The position numbers and the translations under genes are program-made. A stretch of DNA of 64,000 nucleotides, from the NCBI GenBank assembly GCA_964252035.1, contig OZ176201.1; one strand, written 5' to 3'. This document shows positions 60,401 through 64,000 of the stretch, piece by piece. A model generated the notes under the pieces. That model searched no databases. It had not been told where the DNA came from and worked only from the letters and a program-made list of their open reading frames with translations. Each line of letters opens with the position of its first letter. Within the stretch, counting starts at the first letter, position 1. This DNA comes from Podarcis erhardii. Lineage: Eukaryota.

Positions 60401-63400
60401 TGCTATTTTATCCATCTATCTAAAGAGTTTAATAAATAGTGAAATGGATATAGCAAAAGGAAGATTGAATAGTGACTATGAAACCAACATACCAGCCTAT
60501 TAGATTCACACTTAGCAGGCTGATCTGGCTTTGCACCTATCAGATCATCTTCTTGAAGCATGTTCCAATCTGCAGGTATAATTTTCATTTCTGGAAAAAG
60601 TAATATAGATTATCACATTAAAGAGTGACCAAAGAAAGATTTCTATAAAAATTATACCAGACAAGAACTTGGCTTTTGTAATGCATGGGTTTGGATGTCA
60701 AAATAAGCTATTGTTATGAGTTTACCATATTGAATGTCTAACTGAATTTAATCATAATAAATTAAGGTAAAGCAAAAACACTAAATATACTTTTCAACAT
60801 ACCATCTAAAATCCACAGAGAATTGGACAATACAAATGAGAGTATTTGTGAATATTAAAATCCAATTTGTAAACTGAAAAATCTTAGTACAATGCCTTCT
60901 AATAGGATAAGCAGCTTAAGATGGGCATTTTTTACATGTAGTTTTCTAAAGGCATTTCCAAAAGAGGATTATGTGAATGTAAATATAAGCTTTATAATTA
61001 AGCCCTACCTGATGTTTGTGTATCCTTAACTTTCCCAACAGCAGCAGCCAAGGAAGATGTTTCACACTTATACAATATTACTGTTAATTCGTTACCATGT
61101 GTTATGAAGAGTTTGTCTCCGTAACACCAACACTAGGAAACATTAAATACAAATAATTAGCAAGTAGAAAGTGAAATAACGCAGTATACTCACAACACAA
61201 ACACTCCCTTAAATGCTACAGATCTTTTGAGCTTTCTAATTTCTTCTGAAAGGTAACAGTTTTGTCATCTATATATACCTGCAGCCCTGCAATAACTGAG
61301 CAATGAGGCACACTTACAAAGATTTACTCTTATTGCCAGATCTGTAGAAGATTAATTGCAAACTACTGATCAATTTAGGGACGTGGGTGGCACTGTGGTC
61401 TAAACCACTGAGCCTCTTGGGCTTGCCGATCAGGTCGGCAGTTTGAATCCCCGTAACCGTTGCTCAGTCTCAGCTCCTGCCAACCTAGCAGTTCAAAAAC
61501 ATGCCAAAAAGTGCTAGTAGATAAATAGGTACCGCTCTGGCGGGAAGGTAAACGGCATTTCCATGCGCTGCTCCGGTTTCGGTGTTCCATTGCGCCAGAA
61601 GCAGCTTAGTCATGCTGGCCACATGACCCAGAAAAAATTGTCTGTGGACAAATGCTGTCTCCCTCGGCCAGTAAAGCGAGATGAGCACCGCAACCCCAGA
61701 GTTGTCTGCGACTAGACTTAACTGTCAGTGGTGCTTTACCTTTACTGATCAATTTACACAACCAACACCCTTCAAAGAGATCTGTGATGAGCTTAGAAAT
61801 ATCCAGTGATCTGGATCAGTCAGTCTCTAATTCAAAAAGTGACAATGGCTCTTGAAGGAGTTTTGCACATGCACTGAAGCAGCTGGGCTTGCACTGCATT
61901 CACATATATGCTCTTCAAAGATTGCTGCACCCCTTATGCACCCAATGGATCAGTGCACTCTGCAGGACATCTAATATGTGCACTGAAAAACAGGGAATGT
62001 TTTAAAATCTGACTAATACCCTTTTTCAGCATTCTTTTTTCATATTTCATACGTTCTGTTCAAGGTTTTCCATTGTAAACTAGCTAGGTAAAGGTAAAGG
62101 GACCCCTGACCATTAGGTCCAGTCGTGGCCGACTCTGGGGTTGCAGCGCTCATCTTGCTTTATTGGCCGAGGGAGCCAGCGTACAGCTTCCGGGTCATGT
62201 GGCCAGCAGGACTAAGCCACTTCTGGTGAACCAGAGCAGCGCACAGAAACACCGTTTACCTTCCCGCCAGAGCGGTACCTATTTATCTACTTGCACTTTG
62301 ACGTGCTTTTGAACTGCTAGGTTGGCAGGAGCAGGGACCAAGCAACGGGAGCTCACCCCGTTGCAGGGATTCAAACTGCCAGCCTTCTGATCGGCAAGTC
62401 CTAGGCTTTGTGGTTTAACCCACAGCGCCACCCGCGTCCGTAAACTAGCTACAAGTGTATTAAAATGAAAATGGATTGATCACATTGATCACAACTTACT
62501 TGTCCAGTGGTTCCCCGCGGTAATTCCTTTAAAGCCTGTAATGTTTGAAATTTTATATTCCATATGGAAAAGCAATCTACAAATAGGAAAAACAAGAGTA
62601 CCATTTGCAAAGCTTTCAGTTATGAATGCTGCCTGCAAATTGAGTAAGATAACTTTGGCAACATGCCCTACAAAGTAATTAACATACCCCAAACCATCCT
62701 GTCAAACATTGCCGAAGTAAGTCTCAATTCATAATCCGAGTCATTACTAATCTCTTACAAAAACAGTTCAACAAATCTATTTCTGAGAAAGTGAAGCTTC
62801 AGTTGTATAATTAATCACTCTACCATGTATGGTTTAACAGATCAATAACAATCAACTGTACAGGCAACTCCCATTTTGCTAGTGTTCCATGAACATTTGC
62901 ACCATTTTCAGACCCAGAAGAGGGCCTAACCGGGTGGGCTTATGCACATGATGACCCGGAACGCAACCTGCATGCAAACTGGGAGTTGCCTGTATATCTT
63001 TCTCTGCTGTCTTGCTCTTCTTTCTTACGCATCTGCATTTTTAGATTAGCTGCCTGCAGACCAGACACTTGTTGCTTTTTATTCTACATTTTATGTTGCA
63101 TAAAATGTAGAATAAAAAAATAAATAAATGTAGAATAGCCCTCCAGATGTTGTTGGATTCCAACTCCTATTAATCCCAGGCAGCACAACCAGTGGGAGTT
63201 GCAGTCAATAAGTATCTGGCAGGCACCAGGCTGTTGTACAGAATCTTGACTTTAGGTGCTCAATATTTGTTTAATGTTTATTTAAGAGTGCTTCTTGGAT
63301 GTTTCCTTCCTGTTTACAGTCAACAAATTAAGCAGAATAGATTTAGTCCAGCTGCTGCATTTTGAAGCGATTTACGTTACCTTTAACGCGGCCATCTGGG

Positions 63401-63578
63401 GAATCCAAACATCCTGTTATGGCAATATGATCTTTATCGAGAATAGCAATTGAAGTGCTTTTTAAAATACTGCCGGATACTAGAAGTCTGATCAGAAGAG
63501 ACTTTTGTAAAAATTGCTCTTCTTCAGAGCCACTCTGTTGCAGGGGCACCAGAACCTTATACACACATCCGTTGGAAT
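51380..63578 (-). CDS. NOL11: NOL11 (nucleolar protein 11), last 12 coding exons (about exons 7-18 by human numbering); 5' part lies beyond 64000
   Basis: The spliced translation contains [75 protein letters not shown] and YSELNKIE...GLYSIEVL, matching vertebrate NOL11 as I recall it. The position upstream of BPTF matches known synteny. Confidence 0.96.
51731..51838 (-). CDS. NOL11: NOL11 exon about 17 (108 nt)
   Basis: ttcAG|ATC ATG GAC TGG; encodes [36 protein letters not shown]; donor CAA|GTAAGT. Confidence 0.95.
53110..53202 (-). CDS. NOL11: NOL11 exon about 16 (93 nt)
   Basis: cctAG|TTA TTT CTC; encodes [31 protein letters not shown]; donor CAG|GTAAGG. Confidence 0.93.
53893..53971 (-). 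CDS. NOL11: NOL11 exon about 15 (79 nt)
   Basis: acgcAG|A AAC ACC; encodes [26 protein letters not shown]; donor ATT|GTAAGT. Confidence 0.94.
53972..54394 (-). other. U12-type (minor spliceosome) GT-AG intron of NOL11, 423 nt
   Basis: The 5' splice site GTATCCTTT is the U12 consensus. A branch-site-like TCCTTGAC lies at 54002-53995, 23 nt before the 3' end. Confidence 0.88.
54395..54622 (-). CDS. NOL11: NOL11 exon about 14 (228 nt)
   Basis: cctAG|C ATT GGT GAT GAC; ends ...[12 protein letters not shown]|GTATCCTTT (U12-type donor). Confidence 0.92.
54808..54950 (-). mobile_element. L2-type LINE 3' end
   Basis: Same 3' terminus and (TAT)n tail as 36847-37027. Confidence 0.72.
55385..55510 (-). 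CDS. NOL11: NOL11 exon about 13 (126 nt)
   Basis: ttcaAG|T ATG TGC CCA; encodes [41 protein letters not shown]; donor TAAG|GTCAGT. Confidence 0.94.
55698..56084 (+). mobile_element. Sauria SINE, full length
   Basis: 12-bp TSD ATTATAAAATAA (55686-55697 / 56089-56100); the tail ends about 28 nt from the NOL11 exon 12 donor. Confidence 0.9.
56113..56297 (-). CDS. NOL11: NOL11 exon about 12 (185 nt)
   Basis: ttcAG|GAT TCT TCT; contains [25 protein letters not shown]; donor ACAG|GTGAGC. Confidence 0.93.
56886..57068. mobile_element. Older hAT-like MITE (related partial copy at about 45656-45790)
   Basis: Ends AGGAGCCAACT / AGTTGGCACCCCTG; shares internal sequence with the 45656 copy. Confidence 0.55.
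58187..58542. mobile_element. Tc1/mariner MITE, same ends as 20490-21578 but different core
   Basis: Same TIR and TA TSD; the first approximately 115 bp are nearly identical to 20490-20607. Confidence 0.9.
58846..58923 (-). CDS. NOL11: NOL11 exon about 11 (78 nt)
   Basis: ttgcAG|TTG AGG TCA; encodes [26 protein letters not shown]; donor AAG|GTAAAT. Confidence 0.82.
59817..59899 (+). mobile_element. CR1 LINE 3' end
   Basis: GGGGGTTGGATTAGATGACC...CAACTCTACATTCTATGATTCTGTG (ATTCTRTG tail); a similar relic lies at about 32301-32363. Confidence 0.75.
60493..60590 (-). CDS. NOL11: NOL11 exon about 10 (98 nt)
   Basis: ttccAG|AA ATG AAA; encodes [33 protein letters not shown]; donor CTG|GTATGT; phases fit both neighbours. 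Confidence 0.8.
61009..61132 (-). CDS. NOL11: NOL11 exon about 9 (124 nt)
   Basis: cctAG|TGT TGG TGT; encodes [41 protein letters not shown]; donor TCAG|GTAGGG. Confidence 0.92.
61378..61742 (+). mobile_element. Sauria SINE with small internal deletion
   Basis: GGGACGTGGGTGGCACTGTGG head; 14-bp TSD TACTGATCAATTTA (61364-61377 / 61743-61756). Confidence 0.9.
62087..62439 (-). mobile_element. Sauria SINE, full length
   Basis: 12-bp TSD GTAAACTAGCTA (62075-62086 / 62440-62451). Confidence 0.92.
62500..62576 (-). CDS. NOL11: NOL11 exon about 8 (77 nt)
   Basis: tgtAG|AT TGC TTT; encodes [26 protein letters not shown]; donor CAA|GTAAGT. Confidence 0.93.
62861..62992. mobile_element. Small TA-flanked MITE
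   Basis: TIR CAGGCAACTCCCA / TGGGAGTTGCCTG; TA on both sides. Confidence 0.7.
63381..63578 (-). CDS. NOL11: NOL11 exon about 7 (198 nt)
   Basis: tacAG|AT TCC AAC GGA TGT; ends ...DGRVK G|GTAACG. Confidence 0.88.
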
Positions 63579-64000
63579 CTGTAAGAATAGAATTCAGTTA
63601 CGTGATAGTTAAGAATTAATAAATACTAGTTGACATACACAAATCATCACCGTAAAAGACAGGGCATCACTTAAGAGGAGGCATGGTTCGGAATGGTTCC
63701 ATTTCTGTCAGCTGCTTCCATGGAGGTCCTGTGTAGCCCATGCATACCAGCCACAATTGCCAAAAATCCCCCAAGGAGTTAATGCATGTACATTGCCTGT
63801 CAGATAATTTTAATGCGTTGGGGAAGCCTCCTTCCCTGCAACTTCTGTTCACAGCTACATACTCTGTTATCAATGGACTACTGTCTGTCCAGTTTCTACA
63901 TACCATCCTCAACTAAAGGCTTTATGATTGCATAGGTACCCCAAACTAAGAAACAGTCTTAGGTTTTTGACCTTTAATACAGCAATCCCATTCGGATACA

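Overview
Vertebrate (squamate) genomic DNA, most likely a lacertid lizard, judged from abundant Sauria/Squam1, Squam2-like and Squam3-like SINEs. Two protein-coding genes lie in tandem on the minus strand, in the NOL11-BPTF order known from other vertebrates. NOL11 contributes its last 12 coding exons (63578 down to the stop at 51380), including one U12-type intron. BPTF (NURF chromatin remodeller subunit) contributes its CpG-island promoter and first 19 coding exons (ATG 42597 down to 1443), and the gene continues past position 1. I placed all exon boundaries by eye; they are GT-AG and join in one reading frame per gene. Gene identities and exon numbering rest on my recollection of the human orthologues, not on a database search. 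The introns and the intergenic gap hold many TE insertions, several with intact target-site duplications. I found no prokaryotic-type system and no CRISPR array, and most of the window is an ordinary amniote locus. The most unusual items are: (1) a 164-bp near-perfect palindrome made of two inverted Penelope-like termini, each carrying a minimal hammerhead-ribozyme-like motif, about 1.3 kb upstream of the BPTF CpG island; (2) a Tc1/mariner-type MITE family with conserved ends but swappable cores, one copy carrying a young, hairpin-forming CpG-rich minisatellite inside BPTF; (3) a strong-Kozak uORF in the probable BPTF leader; (4) a cluster of alternative-splicing features near BPTF exons 15-19.
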